Assembly (NCBI GenBank): GCA_000146045.2
Contig: BK006949.2
Coordinates: 608,001 to 672,000 of the forward strand
Direction: 5' to 3'
Origin: TPA_inf: Saccharomyces
Taxonomy: Eukaryota
Length of the DNA: 64,000 bases
Part shown: positions 1-13,258 of the stretch, one piece after another
Position numbering within the stretch: the stretch's first letter is position 1
How the letters are laid out: each line of letters begins with the position of its first letter
The notes under the pieces: generated by a model
The model's input: only the letters and a program-made list of their open reading frames with translations
Database searches by the model: none
What the model was told of the DNA's origin: nothing
Program-made: the position numbers and the translations under genes

Positions 1-825
1 TTTTTTTTTTTACAGCAGTAGACCAACCTGTACATGTTTCATAGTCAAGTAATAGCCTGACGAATATCAAACGTTTCCTCTTTTTCATTCCTTTCCTTCA
101 AATGCCTTGGGTTGAAAGGATAGACGTGTATTTAATGCAAGCTCTATCTATAATGAGTGTTATTACAATTGTTATGCTTCTGCATTGAGCGATGAATAAA
201 TATAAACAACTCCTTTTCGAACAACTTGTAATTATCCTACGCTTTTGCCTGAGGTCCTTTTTAGCCATTGACAACAAGCAAGTGTCTTTCTGTATGAAGT
301 AAACCCTGCATAAAGTTGTTTTTTGCTGCGTCAGAGGGTTAATGACTTCGAAAGACCCTTTTCTCATATAAGACGCGCCACAGAAGAATGCGCACGACAA
401 CGGACTATTTTAGATTATATAATGGCGCGTGTGATGCTGCTTTAATCATGTTGCATAGACCATGCAATTACACTAAAAATATAAAACAAGGAGCCCTGGA
501 CAGAACTTGGTAGTGTGCAAACGAGTAAGTGAAGATGATAGTACATTATATACGAAGCTCTTAGTAAGCTCATACTAGATGCGAAACGATGGATACGTCA
601 GAAAAATAACAAAAATAAAATATAATCATTAATGATGTTTTAACTCGACAAGCCCCTTTCAGAGCTGCCATTACCCTAAGAACCTTGCAAAGAGAATAAA
701 CTTGAATTTCGTAAAGTGCCACGAACAGTGTCCATATTCTTACACGAGATATTCTGTGAAGAGTTATTGCATAAATACGGAAGAACTAAATACTAGAAAT
801 AATCCCAAGCTAGAATATAAACGTC

Positions 826-2031
826 TCACATACCTAAAGCCACTCCTTCGTATTGGCTAGACGTATTTACATACAGAGCATCGTCACTTCTATTTGGATC
901 CTTGTCATTGAAGTATTCGTCCACATGCATCAACAACCAAACCAAGAAGTCTTCGGTTTGTTTGATTAAAAGCTGACAGCTTTGTAGATCCATTGTAGTA
1001 GACGAGATCAGCTCTGGTAAAACACTTATCAACCTTAACAGATGGATAGCCCCATAAATTCTAATTGGTACTAGTGGCTTTTGATCCTTCGATGATTTTT
1101 TCAGAAGTTCGTCATATTGCAGCCGTTCCAACCTATATAAAAGCATATTACCCAGGCACTTGTCAAAATACAACTTGAGACCGGCACAGTATTCGCTCAA
1201 CTGTGACTGGGACCCTGGCGATTCCAATTCTTGACTCACTTCATGTTCGTATTTATTCAGTACCATCTCTACCGTCACATCAGCGGGTAGTCTGCAAATT
1301 TTTTTGTCCTTCGTTACGTATTCCCAATCGTCGACTAACACGCTCTTCAATTTTATGGGAATTTGAAGGGAAATCTTGGGGGTTGGATAGCCGGCAATAT
1401 GATGTAGCATATTTGGCGATAGCGAAGAAGATCTTCTGCGGTCATCATTCCCATTTTGGTCGGATGACGAGCGCAAAGAGCTGCCAGGATGGAGGGAATT
1501 AGCGGAACTTCTTCCGCTTTTCCTGCCGCTCACTGAAGATGTTAAAAAACTCTGTGAAGTGCTCTTACTTATACTAGCATTCGAGCGGCTGTCTCCCTTT
1601 CTTTTTCCACCATTACTAGGCCCTCCCAGACTAGTGGAGAGCTTCTTTTTTTTCTGCTGTTCCAGTAACGATTTCTTAGCTTCTTTCGCCTCGTTCGCCA
1701 GTCTTTTTTTCATGGCAATATTCTCTTCATTGTAGGCCCGTATCCTATCATATCCAACCCACTCATCCCAACTCGACTTCCAGCCTTGGTAATGTATGAA
1801 AAAACACTTCCCATTAATGATCTCTTCTGGAATGCTTTCATCTTCTCCCAGCTTTTGTGGCTTTATTTCCTTAGTTGCTTGTGAACTACCACCTGGCTTG
1901 TCATTAGGAATGCTGGTATACATTTTCGAAGATGGATCCCATATTTTCAAGATCTTTGCTTCATACATAAGAGGACCATGGAATGCCAGACACCGCCCAC
2001 CGAGCGCAAATTCCTGCTCCAAATCAACCAT
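826..2031 (-). CDS. EAF3: Eaf3, chromodomain/MRG subunit of NuA4 and Rpd3S (401 aa). The ORF continues 14 codons upstream to 2073.
   Basis: Translation MVDLEQEFALGGRCLAFHGPLMYEAKILKIW... is the chromo-barrel N-terminus and MRG C-terminus of yeast Eaf3. The length from the internal ATG matches the 401 aa protein. Confidence 0.92.
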   Translation of the reverse strand: MVDLEQEFALGGRCLAFHGPLMYEAKILKIWDPSSKMYTSIPNDKPGGSSQATKEIKPQKLGEDESIPEEIINGKCFFIHYQGWKSSWDEWVGYDRIRAYNEENIAMKKRLANEAKEAKKSLLEQQKKKKLSTSLGGPSNGGKRKGDSRSNASISKSTSQSFLTSSVSGRKSGRSSANSLHPGSSLRSSSDQNGNDDRRRSSSLSPNMLHHIAGYPTPKISLQIPIKLKSVLVDDWEYVTKDKKICRLPADVTVEMVLNKYEHEVSQELESPGSQSQLSEYCAGLKLYFDKCLGNMLLYRLERLQYDELLKKSSKDQKPLVPIRIYGAIHLLRLISVLPELISSTTMDLQSCQLLIKQTEDFLVWLLMHVDEYFNDKDPNRSDDALYVNTSSQYEGVALGM

Positions 2032-2480
2032 TATACGTTCTTCAATAGGGTAAATCCAGTGACGAGGCCTCACAGATGCTAATGCAAAATGCTATATGCT
2101 TTTAACGACTGTTTTGCAATATACCCTTTTACGTTTCTGGTCGGGATTTCGGATGCATCTTTATTTTCATCTTTCGTGAAATGCGATATGTGGCGATCGC
2201 CGGAGGAACGGCCCCCAATCTTCGCCACCTTTTTCTATCAGCATCGGTTGGTTAGTAATCTCGAATCACATGGTACCTCTTTCTTCGAGGAGTGGTAGCT
2301 CCTGTACGCTGTAGCGGTAGTGAAAAGGCAATATATCGGAGTTGGTGAAGTGAGTTAAATCTCTACCTTGCGTTTTTGATAAGTAAAAAGCAAGCACAGC
2401 TTAAAGGATAAACAGGATTTTATTGAAGCAATTTTTAATTATAATACATTGTGGATAGAACGAAAACAGAGACGTGATAG

Positions 2481-4724
2481 ATGAACGTTTCAAAAATACT
2501 TGTGTCGCCCACGGTCACGACAAATGTTTTACGCATATTTGCTCCCAGGCTACCTCAAATCGGTGCTTCTTTGTTAGTTCAAAAAAAATGGGCCTTAAGA
2601 TCAAAGAAGTTCTACCGTTTTTATTCTGAAAAGAATAGCGGTGAAATGCCTCCTAAGAAGGAAGCTGATAGCTCTGGAAAGGCATCCAATAAATCCACGA
2701 TATCTTCAATCGACAATTCGCAACCACCACCTCCATCGAACACTAATGATAAAACCAAACAAGCGAACGTAGCTGTGTCACATGCTATGCTAGCAACTAG
2801 AGAACAAGAGGCCAATAAAGACTTAACGAGTCCTGATGCACAAGCAGCCTTTTACAAACTTCTCTTACAATCAAACTACCCGCAATACGTGGTCTCTAGG
2901 TTTGAGACCCCCGGTATTGCGTCATCGCCTGAATGCATGGAACTGTACATGGAGGCCCTGCAGAGGATAGGCAGACACTCGGAGGCTGATGCCGTTAGAC
3001 AAAACCTACTGACAGCCAGCTCTGCTGGCGCAGTTAACCCATCATTGGCGTCATCTTCATCAAACCAGTCAGGTTATCATGGTAACTTTCCATCGATGTA
3101 TTCTCCGCTTTATGGATCTCGCAAAGAGCCACTACATGTTGTCGTATCTGAATCAACTTTTACTGTTGTATCGAGATGGGTAAAGTGGCTGCTTGTTTTC
3201 GGTATCTTAACCTACTCTTTTTCTGAAGGTTTTAAATACATCACAGAAAATACAACGCTACTAAAGTCGTCAGAAGTAGCCGACAAATCAGTTGATGTAG
3301 CTAAGACAAATGTTAAATTTGATGATGTCTGCGGTTGTGATGAGGCCCGTGCGGAATTGGAAGAAATTGTTGATTTCCTGAAAGATCCAACTAAGTACGA
3401 GTCCTTGGGTGGTAAACTACCAAAGGGTGTACTGTTGACTGGACCTCCTGGTACAGGTAAAACTTTGTTGGCTAGGGCCACTGCCGGAGAGGCTGGTGTA
3501 GATTTTTTCTTTATGTCAGGTTCTGAATTTGATGAAGTTTACGTCGGTGTTGGTGCTAAACGTATCCGTGATTTGTTTGCTCAAGCGCGTTCTCGTGCAC
3601 CAGCTATTATTTTTATTGATGAATTAGATGCCATCGGTGGTAAGCGTAATCCAAAGGACCAAGCTTACGCCAAACAAACGTTGAATCAGTTATTGGTCGA
3701 ATTAGATGGTTTCTCACAAACAAGTGGAATTATTATTATTGGTGCCACAAATTTCCCTGAGGCTTTAGATAAGGCGTTAACTAGACCAGGTAGATTTGAT
3801 AAGGTTGTGAATGTGGATTTGCCAGATGTTCGTGGTCGTGCTGATATTTTAAAGCATCACATGAAGAAGATTACATTGGCAGACAATGTGGATCCAACTA
3901 TTATTGCGCGTGGTACCCCCGGTTTATCAGGCGCTGAGCTGGCAAATTTAGTCAACCAAGCAGCAGTTTACGCGTGTCAAAAAAATGCTGTTTCCGTTGA
4001 TATGTCCCACTTCGAGTGGGCTAAGGATAAGATATTGATGGGTGCTGAGAGAAAGACTATGGTCTTAACAGATGCAGCCAGAAAGGCCACTGCTTTCCAC
4101 GAGGCTGGACATGCCATTATGGCCAAATACACCAATGGTGCTACCCCGCTATACAAGGCCACGATATTGCCTAGAGGTAGGGCATTGGGTATTACTTTTC
4201 AATTGCCAGAAATGGATAAGGTCGACATCACCAAAAGGGAGTGTCAAGCCAGACTGGACGTGTGCATGGGGGGCAAAATTGCAGAAGAATTAATTTATGG
4301 TAAAGATAACACCACAAGTGGTTGTGGGTCTGACTTGCAAAGCGCCACCGGCACAGCAAGGGCTATGGTTACTCAATATGGTATGAGTGATGATGTAGGT
4401 CCCGTTAACTTGTCAGAAAATTGGGAATCTTGGTCTAATAAGATTCGCGATATTGCTGATAATGAAGTGATTGAACTTTTGAAGGACTCCGAGGAAAGAG
4501 CAAGAAGACTATTAACTAAGAAAAATGTTGAGCTACATAGACTTGCGCAAGGTCTTATTGAATATGAAACTCTAGATGCCCACGAAATCGAACAAGTTTG
4601 TAAAGGTGAAAAACTGGACAAACTGAAAACTTCCACCAATACAGTCGTAGAAGGACCAGACAGTGATGAACGTAAAGATATAGGCGATGATAAACCCAAA
4701 ATTCCTACAATGTTAAATGCATGA
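2481..4724 (+). CDS. YME1: Yme1, mitochondrial inner-membrane i-AAA protease (747 aa)
   Basis: Walker A GPPGTGKT, Walker B IIFIDELD, zinc-metalloprotease HEAGHA motif, FtsH-like architecture. The N-terminus [12 protein letters not shown] matches Yme1. Confidence 0.95.
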
Positions 4725-5333
4725 TTTTATTCTAAGAAGTTAAACGTATGAAGGAACCTACCTCAAGACCGAGAATGCTTTGTTCTTTTCTGGTCGGTTT
4801 CGCTTTTGCTTCATAACACCAGCAATGAAGCATGATCGCGGGAAACTTTCAGAATCTACATCTTCTCCTGGTCAGCTTGAAACTTCAGATTATTCGTAAG
4901 GAGAAATTATAATATTATTTCTGTGATAAGAAAAGAGGCATTAAGCTTGGGTATTTGCGACAAAATACTTCAGGATAACCGATGATCGCAAGTGGGTTAT
5001 TAATTTCTTTCATCCCTTAACCAACCGTCGCTTTCCCCCAGTGACAAGCCTTAAAAAAGTCACACCATGGAACGGAGTATCGTTGATGATTAAACCAATC
5101 ATTAATCTTTCATAAAAGTTAAGATAAAAGCACTTGTTGATATATATAGGTACATGTGTATCAATACGCCATACATTGTAAATAGAATATTCAATGGATA
5201 AACGTGTGTAGCAAAAATAATCACATTGTAGCGCTAGTTAGCAATTTACTCATTGTCACATTTTTTGCAGTATATATTCATGGCATGAAATAATATAAAA
5301 TGGCGCCGGTCTATATACCTATGCATCTTAATC

Positions 5334-5347
5334 TATATATATATATA
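5334..5347. repeat. (TA)7 dinucleotide repeat in the convergent YME1/CCL1 3' region
   Basis: tatatatatatata at 5334..5347. TA-repeats act as efficiency elements for yeast 3' end formation. Confidence 0.7.
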
Positions 5348-5376
5348 AAACAGAAACCTACGGTAACAGAGCTGTT

Positions 5377-6558
5377 TCATGTTTTTTGCTTTTTCTCAAC
5401 GGTGGACGAAGTATCTTCTCCATTCAACTTCCTTTTTAATTTCTGAATCAGTGTTGATGGATTTTGACAATAATAGTTTTTTGCCGCAATTTTCTTGGCC
5501 TCTTCAGTACTCGGAGGTTTACAATCTTCAATAATACTTTTACACTCGCGTATTATGGTTAGTAACTTCGCGGAGTCTATCGAATATTCTTCGCTCTCTG
5601 TGGACTTCTCTTTGTTTTTCTCAGTTGTACTGGCATCATTTTGTGGTTCTTCTTTTTCGTTTCCCGGTACTGATTCCTGGCTACCTTCTCTGCTGGGAAA
5701 TTTTGTTTCTAAATACCTTGTGACCAAGGCTTCATCCTCAATCAATAATGTTGCTAGTGTTATTTGGGGTGGAGTGTAGAAATATACGACATCGGTTAAT
5801 AATGCGGCAGTTATTCTCTTCTTACACCTATCGTATATTTGGCCCATGTAATTTAAATCAACCTTACCATAAAGGACGTTCTGGATATCTAAGAAAAACC
5901 CATGAAGCGGTTTGTAAGGATGATGGTTCAACAGTGAAAATTTCAATGATTCTAACAACTTAAACTCGAATTTGAGAACACTATCTCTAGTAGATTTGGC
6001 CTTTTGAGCAAACGAGTCCACGCTAATAAAATAGTTCTCCGATTTGCAGGCTAGAAAGATAGTAGTATGTACAATACTTTTAGGATCTATTTGCATAACA
6101 GAATTTTCTAAGAAAAAACGCCTAAAAAAGGATATCGCAGTGGCCACTACTTCGGTTGGCAAATTTAGATGCTGTGCTATTACCTGAACTTTTTTTGCGT
6201 AGAAATTCACCAAATCGAGTTCTTCTTCCATTGTCAAAGGGATAGCCTTTGCTTCTAGTACTTTTATTTCTTCTTCTGTTAAATTGTGTGCTTCTCTAAA
6301 TTTTAATAAATTTTCCTCAATGTAAGCAATCGCTCGGGCATTGGTATCTACCCTTTTCTCCTGAAGTTGATCTTTAGTGTATGACCACATTCTATACTGA
6401 GAAGAGTGCCTATATAAATCATCGTCAGAAATTCTTTTGTAGTTCGGTGGCTTGTTATTCTCATCAGCCGATTTTAATTTTGCCTCTTTTTCTTTTGCTG
6501 ACATGGTAGCAGAAGGAGTATCTAATGTACTCTTTCCATTTAGTTGAATATCCGTCAT
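5377..6558 (-). CDS. CCL1: Ccl1, cyclin H of the TFIIK/TFIIH kinase module (393 aa)
   Basis: Cyclin-box protein of exactly the Ccl1 length. Sequence recognised (..MWSYTKDQLQEKRVDTNARAIAYIEENLLKF..). Confidence 0.92.
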   Translation of the reverse strand: MTDIQLNGKSTLDTPSATMSAKEKEAKLKSADENNKPPNYKRISDDDLYRHSSQYRMWSYTKDQLQEKRVDTNARAIAYIEENLLKFREAHNLTEEEIKVLEAKAIPLTMEEELDLVNFYAKKVQVIAQHLNLPTEVVATAISFFRRFFLENSVMQIDPKSIVHTTIFLACKSENYFISVDSFAQKAKSTRDSVLKFEFKLLESLKFSLLNHHPYKPLHGFFLDIQNVLYGKVDLNYMGQIYDRCKKRITAALLTDVVYFYTPPQITLATLLIEDEALVTRYLETKFPSREGSQESVPGNEKEEPQNDASTTEKNKEKSTESEEYSIDSAKLLTIIRECKSIIEDCKPPSTEEAKKIAAKNYYCQNPSTLIQKLKRKLNGEDTSSTVEKKQKT

Positions 6559-7378
6559 TCTATCAATATCTGTGCAGCACAGTATTTTCCTCTCTTAAAC
6601 TTAATATTCACTCATTTGTTTGAGATCTTTCTTAATATAAAAACTGTGTTAAGATCAAATTTATTACCCGGATTGTGAACGGCTTAAACAACGAAGGGAT
6701 ACCGCAGGAAATGAGAGGCCCTTTCTTCTCTGGATGGCAAACAGTTCGTGCTATCAAAGTCTGTACCAAGGTTATTTCACTCTTCAAGCCAGCAATAACT
6801 ACTTTCTTTCAGGTCACCTCTCAGCCGTCACGTCTCTAGCTGAAGCTTTGTTATTCTCGCTTCACTAAAAACAAGTGTATCTACAATATTTACCAGTCTA
6901 TTCGTATATCCCTTATCATTCTTTTTCAATAAGGGCAAATACTTCGGAAAAAGAAAGGAACATTCATCTTGATTCTAGCCGTAAAGCTATCACGTTCACT
7001 CTAAGCAAGCGGAAAGTTGAGCAAAATCAACGAACAATCTGAGTCAGCAAGGCAGTACAAGCATCTCTTCTTTGCCCCTCAAAATTTATTTCCTTTTTGG
7101 TATAGTCTTACTTCCAAGTCCAAGCAAGCACTACGTATCACGACAAACCAACAGCCGCGCCGTTTTTATATTCGGAAAGAGAATTCTTGTCGTTATTGAA
7201 TAATAATAACAAAATTTCTCCACTTTTCACCATATTACCACTCCCTTTTTTTCAAGTAAAAAAAAAAAAAAAAAGAATCTTATTGCTCCTTAAAAAAGGA
7301 TTCATCAGTCCTTTATGAGAGCCTGCTAGTATCACCTAATATTGCATCTGTTTTTACCGAAATTTCCTCATTCCAATA

Positions 7379-10300
7379 ATGAAAAGAATAAGATCGCTTT
7401 GGTTCAATGCGGAGGCTTCTTATTCAAACCTTAACAATTCTCCTAGTTTGAGGAACAAAAATAGTACCGGTAATAACTCTCGCTCTAAAAATTATCGTTC
7501 TTTCTCAAGGTTTGACTTGATCAACTCTATACTTTTACTGATGATGCTATTTTTATTAGCTATCTTCGTCACTGCATTATATTTAACAAAGAGTTCCAGG
7601 CTTACATACTCACATGCCTCGAGGGCTGCCCTATTTAACCCTCTGGGTGTGATATCGCCGTCATTGGGAAATCATACGTTGAACTACGATCCAGAAGCAA
7701 GGGAATCTTCTAAAAAACTTTATGAACTCCTTTCTGATTTCAACACGGCATATTATGATGATGAGAACATGATTTTGGGAAGTAACTTGTTCTCAAAGAA
7801 TACATACTCGAGACAACCATATGTTGCTAACGGTTATATAGGTAGTCGTATTCCCAATATTGGGTTCGGCTATGCCTTAGACACCCTGAATTTTTACACA
7901 GACGCACCAGGCGCTTTGAATAACGGTTGGCCCTTAAGAAATCATAGATTTGCCGGTGCGTTTGTATCGGACTTTTATTGTCTACAACCAAAACTAAATT
8001 CAACAAACTTCCCAGAATTGGATGATGTAGGATATTCCACTGTCATTTCATCTATTCCACAATGGACCAATCTACAGTTCTCATTAGTGAATGATTCTAA
8101 GTGGTTCAATCCACAAAATGTTACGTTGGATGACGTAACTAATTATAGCCAAAACTTATCAATGAAGGATGGTATCGTAACTACGGAGTTAGATTGGCTA
8201 AACAGTCAAATACATGTTAAAAGTGAAATCTGGGCACATCGGCACATTCATCCACTGGGAGTGGTTTCTTTGGAAATTTCCCTGAATACGGACCATTTAC
8301 CTTCGGATTTTGATTCATTAGATGTTAATATATGGGATATACTTGATTTCAACACATCACATAGGACTGTTCTACATAGCACGGGAACAGACGAAAAAAA
8401 TAATGCGGTTTTCATGATTGTTCAGCCAGATAACGTTCCATCTTCTAATTGCGCTATTTACTCAACGTGTACTGTAAAGTATGAAAATTCCACCAATCCA
8501 ATAAATTCTAGTGAATCTTTTGAAGAAAAAGATGTTTCTTCTAATATTTATAATGTTATTTTGACAGAGGACCAACCCAAGATAATCGTTCATAAGTATG
8601 TTGGTATTATGTCTACTGAGTTCAATAAGAACAAAGAACAACAAGACAATACTAATATTGGTTTGGCCAAAATGATAGCTCTAAACAGTAAAGGCAATTA
8701 CGAGAAGCTTCTGTCAAGTCACAAACGTGCGTGGTATGACCTTTACAACGACGCCTTCATTGAAATTCCTTCTGACAGTCTTTTAGAAATGACAGCAAGA
8801 TCGTCCCTATTCCATTTACTAGCAAATACAAGAGATTACAATGTCTCGAGCGATAGGGGTCTTCCCGTGGGAGTTTCTGGTTTGTCATCAGATTCCTATG
8901 GTGGTATGGTGTTCTGGGACGCAGATATATGGATGGAACCTGCCCTATTGCCTTTCTTCCCAAATGTGGCTCAAAATATGAATAATTACAGAAATGCTAC
9001 ACATTCGCAGGCAAAGTTAAATGCAGAGAAATATGGATACCCCGGAGCAATATACCCCTGGACATCTGGTAAGTACGCTAATTGTACTTCTACGGGACCT
9101 TGTGTCGATTACGAATACCATATTAACGTTGATGTCGCTATGGCCTCCTTTTCCATATACTTGAATGGACACGAAGGGATTGATGACGAGTATCTGAGAT
9201 ATACTACATGGCCAATTATCAAAAACGCAGCCCAATTTTTTACTGCTTATGTTAAGTACAATTCTTCCCTAGGATTGTATGAAACATATAATTTGACAGA
9301 TCCCGACGAGTTTGCTAATCACATCAATAACGGGGCTTTCACGAATGCTGGCATTAAAACACTTCTAAAGTGGGCAACAGACATTGGCAATCATCTCGGC
9401 GAGGTCGTTGACCCCAAATGGAGTGAAATTTCCAAAGATATTTATATCCCTAGATCCTCATCTAACATCACTTTGGAATATTCTGGTATGAATAGCTCAG
9501 TGGAGATTAAACAGGCGGATGTGACTTTAATGGTTTACCCACTTGGATATATCAATGATGAATCCATATTGAACAATGCAATTAAAGATCTTTATTATTA
9601 TTCAGAAAGACAGTCTGCGTCTGGGCCTGCAATGACATATCCGGTTTTTGTGGCCGCAGCTGCTGGTCTGCTGAATCACGGCTCTTCTTCTCAAAGTTAC
9701 TTATATAAATCGGTTCTTCCATACTTACGGGCTCCTTTCGCTCAATTTAGTGAGCAATCAGACGACAACTTTTTAACAAACGGATTAACCCAGCCAGCAT
9801 TCCCCTTTTTAACAGCTAACGGTGGATTTCTACAGAGCATTCTGTTTGGGTTAACAGGAATCCGATATTCTTATGAGGTTGATCCAGATACTAAAAAAAT
9901 TAACCGTTTGTTAAGGTTCAATCCAATAGAACTACCGTTGCTCCCTGGTGGTATCGCTATTAGAAACTTCAAATATATGAACCAAGTTTTAGATATAATA
10001 ATTGACGACCACAATGGTACGATTGTTCATAAATCAGGAGATGTTCCTATTCATATAAAGATACCAAACAGATCTCTAATACATGACCAGGATATCAACT
10101 TCTATAATGGTTCCGAAAACGAAAGAAAACCAAATCTAGAGCGTAGAGACGTCGACCGTGTTGGTGATCCAATGAGGATGGATAGGTATGGTACCTATTA
10201 TCTTTTAAAACCGAAACAAGAGCTTACAGTCCAACTGTTCAAGCCTGGCTTAAACGCAAGAAACAACATAGCGGAAAATAAGCAAATAACAAACTTGACG

Positions 10301-11014
10301 GCCGGCGTTCCTGGTGACGTTGCATTCTCTGCTCTAGATGGGAATAATTACACGCATTGGCAACCCTTAGACAAAATTCACCGTGCGAAGCTATTGATTG
10401 ATTTAGGTGAATACAACGAGAAAGAGATTACCAAGGGAATGATTCTTTGGGGGCAGAGGCCCGCAAAAAACATTTCCATATCTATTTTGCCTCATTCTGA
10501 AAAAGTCGAAAATTTATTTGCGAACGTGACAGAAATTATGCAAAATTCGGGAAATGATCAACTTCTTAATGAAACCATTGGTCAGCTTTTAGATAATGCC
10601 GGAATTCCTGTCGAGAACGTTATTGATTTTGATGGCATAGAACAAGAGGATGATGAATCTTTGGATGATGTGCAAGCCTTATTGCACTGGAAGAAGGAAG
10701 ACTTAGCCAAGCTAATTGAACAAATACCCAGACTTAACTTTCTAAAAAGAAAATTTGTGAAAATTCTGGATAACGTGCCAGTGAGCCCAAGTGAGCCATA
10801 CTACGAAGCAAGTCGCAACCAGTCGTTAATCGAGATATTACCCAGTAATAGAACGACTTTCACTATTGATTATGATAAATTGCAGGTGGGTGATAAAGGG
10901 AACACAGATTGGAGGAAAACAAGATACATAGTTGTGGCAGTACAAGGAGTGTATGATGATTATGATGATGATAACAAAGGAGCTACAATCAAGGAAATTG
11001 TTCTCAATGATTAA
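7379..11014 (+). CDS. ATH1: Ath1, acid (vacuolar/periplasmic) trehalase, glycoside hydrolase family 65 (1211 aa)
   Basis: 1211-aa ORF with an N-terminal signal-anchor ([18 protein letters not shown]) and a GH65 central domain. Matches Ath1. Confidence 0.94.
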
Positions 11015-12424
11015 ATGAAATGATGCATATAAGTAGCGCTTTTTTTAATATTATAAGTTTGGATAAAAGTTACCAATTTTTTCGTAGGATATATATTTTA
11101 AAGGCACTATATTGAAAATATCATGCATGCTTATATAAAAGCTTTTTTTTTTCTATAGGGTGACATTTAGGAGCAATAATTTTTACTACAAGCTTTTTTT
11201 GCACCTTATATAGTAGTGACCTTGAAATTGGTCTTTTGCACCAGCGTACTTTAATTCCACTAAGTACTGTTTAGCAGCCTGTTTTCCAGAGCCCACAACA
11301 GTTTTCTATAAAATTTTCACATGCATTATATAGACATGATCTACCTACCAATTTGATCTTCCTGCCATTGAGATCAGTTCTTTCATTACATTGATTGCAC
11401 ATTTTTAATTGGCGCCTTTTCTAATTTTTTGTATGAGTCCATATTAAAAAAATAGACTTCAAATTCCTACTAGACGATTCTGATTCCATCGGGATTACCA
11501 CCAGATTTGATATTGGCTCTTCTCTCGTCAGTAGGGTTTGAACAGAAATATTCCTAAATTTCTCGCAACTTAAATTAAATTTGCAACGATAATGTTTGCA
11601 TACATTTTTATATTCTAGATTCAATACATTAGAGGTAACTTGATGTAGCGCCAATCTGAAAATACAGAAGCCTACTAGGCAAATATTTAAAGCTCTATAT
11701 ACTATTCACGAAAGAAAAACGTACTTTGTATAAATTGAAGAAAATGAGTTTGTGTTAGTTGGGTCCTGCCATTTGGTATCCTGAAGGTTTTCTCAAGGTG
11801 GGGTGGGCTAATCTACAGGAATAGTTTATAGTAATTGTGTGTTAAGAAGTATTTTGGCTTTAAATGACGTCCCCCACAAATTTATTACTTCAGGTGTATA
11901 ATGTATTCACAAATATGTTCGTTTCTTTTTTGCTCTTCATCGTCCCCAGTTTTTCCTCACCCTTACAAAACAAAAACGGCAGGAAAAGGGTCCTATGTAA
12001 ATTAAGCAAACACTGCGGGGTAGAACCTAAATTTTAATGTATTTTTTTACAATCCAACCAAGATTAAACCAATTGCCGAGCTTTTTCCTTTCTCGGTGAA
12101 ACAAACCTTTACAAAAGATACGCCAGAGTAAACGCATTCCTACAAAAAATGAAAGATCTTCATTATTTACACTCTTGTAGCCCACTAATCAATTGGTTTC
12201 GCAACATTGTTCAAAGGCAGTGGTTTCTTTTTCCCTGAGTATCCTACTATAGTACAAAAAAAAAAAAAAAGAGTGAAAAAATCAGAAGAGAAAATTATAT
12301 CGATTATAAATTTTTCAAGTACATCGTCTATCGAAGCTAAAGACTTGAATAATTAAATTTCTGGAAATGGGACAAGTGTACTTATCAACAACGAATAAGG
12401 TATAGCAAAGTTTAGAGAATTATT

Positions 12425-13258
12425 TTAATTATCCCTATAAAATGAAACCGATATTTGAGATTTGTTTGGGCCTTTTTCTCTCCCATGAGCAGTGAAGCCT
12501 ACAGCAGAACCGTCCCAATTTTCGTCGGTGATTTTTTCTGAAATTTGATAAAGCTGAGACTTAAAATTACCTGATATTTTTCTAATGTTTGATATTTTCT
12601 GGAAAACGCCATTAGCAATTCCTTGGCTGTTTTCGTTTAAATTGCCCTGTATGTCCGATAATTTATAATTTGTGAACTCATTTGAAGCGCCTTTTGTATA
12701 ACAAATCTGCTGGGCCAAGCCTGGGAAAGGCAGAGCCGTCTTCTCGCCAAGTTTGAGAATCAAACAGTTTTGGTTTAGTTCACTTCCTGAAGTATTCATA
12801 TTTACTCCTAAGTATAGGTCGAGAGGTTCAAATGTTGTTTTGATTTTTTCATTCACATAATTTGAAGGTAGCTCGACGTATTTTGGTTTAATTAGGTCAT
12901 ATAACCTTTGCGGTTCATTGATACCATCATTTTCGAGCTTGTTGATAAGCTCGATGATTAATGAAAACATTAAGATTACAACTCCTAGCCCACAGGATAT
13001 CATATTGGCCGGATTTTCACCTACAGAAAAACATGATACCATAGTTTGAATTACTTGAAGTGTTAGTTTAGTGTCATCCAGTTTCTTTTCACTAACAGAT
13101 TTTGTAGCGGCAGGTGCAGGTGCAGTAGAAGTTGATGTCACCGTTTCATATACAGTTTTGATGATTGTAACAGTATCTATCATGTCATCATCATGGAATG
13201 CAAAAAGAAGACCCAGGAGTGGGACGAACGAAGCAAGTATTCTGTAAATACCAACCAT
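12425..13258 (-). CDS. YPR027C, uncharacterised 277-aa protein with two predicted TM segments
   Basis: Clean 277-codon ORF isolated in a long intergenic region. N-terminal hydrophobic helix ([15 protein letters not shown]) and a second ([17 protein letters not shown]). Length and position match the S288C ORF YPR027C of unknown function. Confidence 0.75.

Noticed and set aside
98-400. 100-aa minus-strand ORF in the first 400 bp
   Set aside because: C/S-rich translation without motif, in a promoter-like AT-rich region upstream of EAF3. No support.
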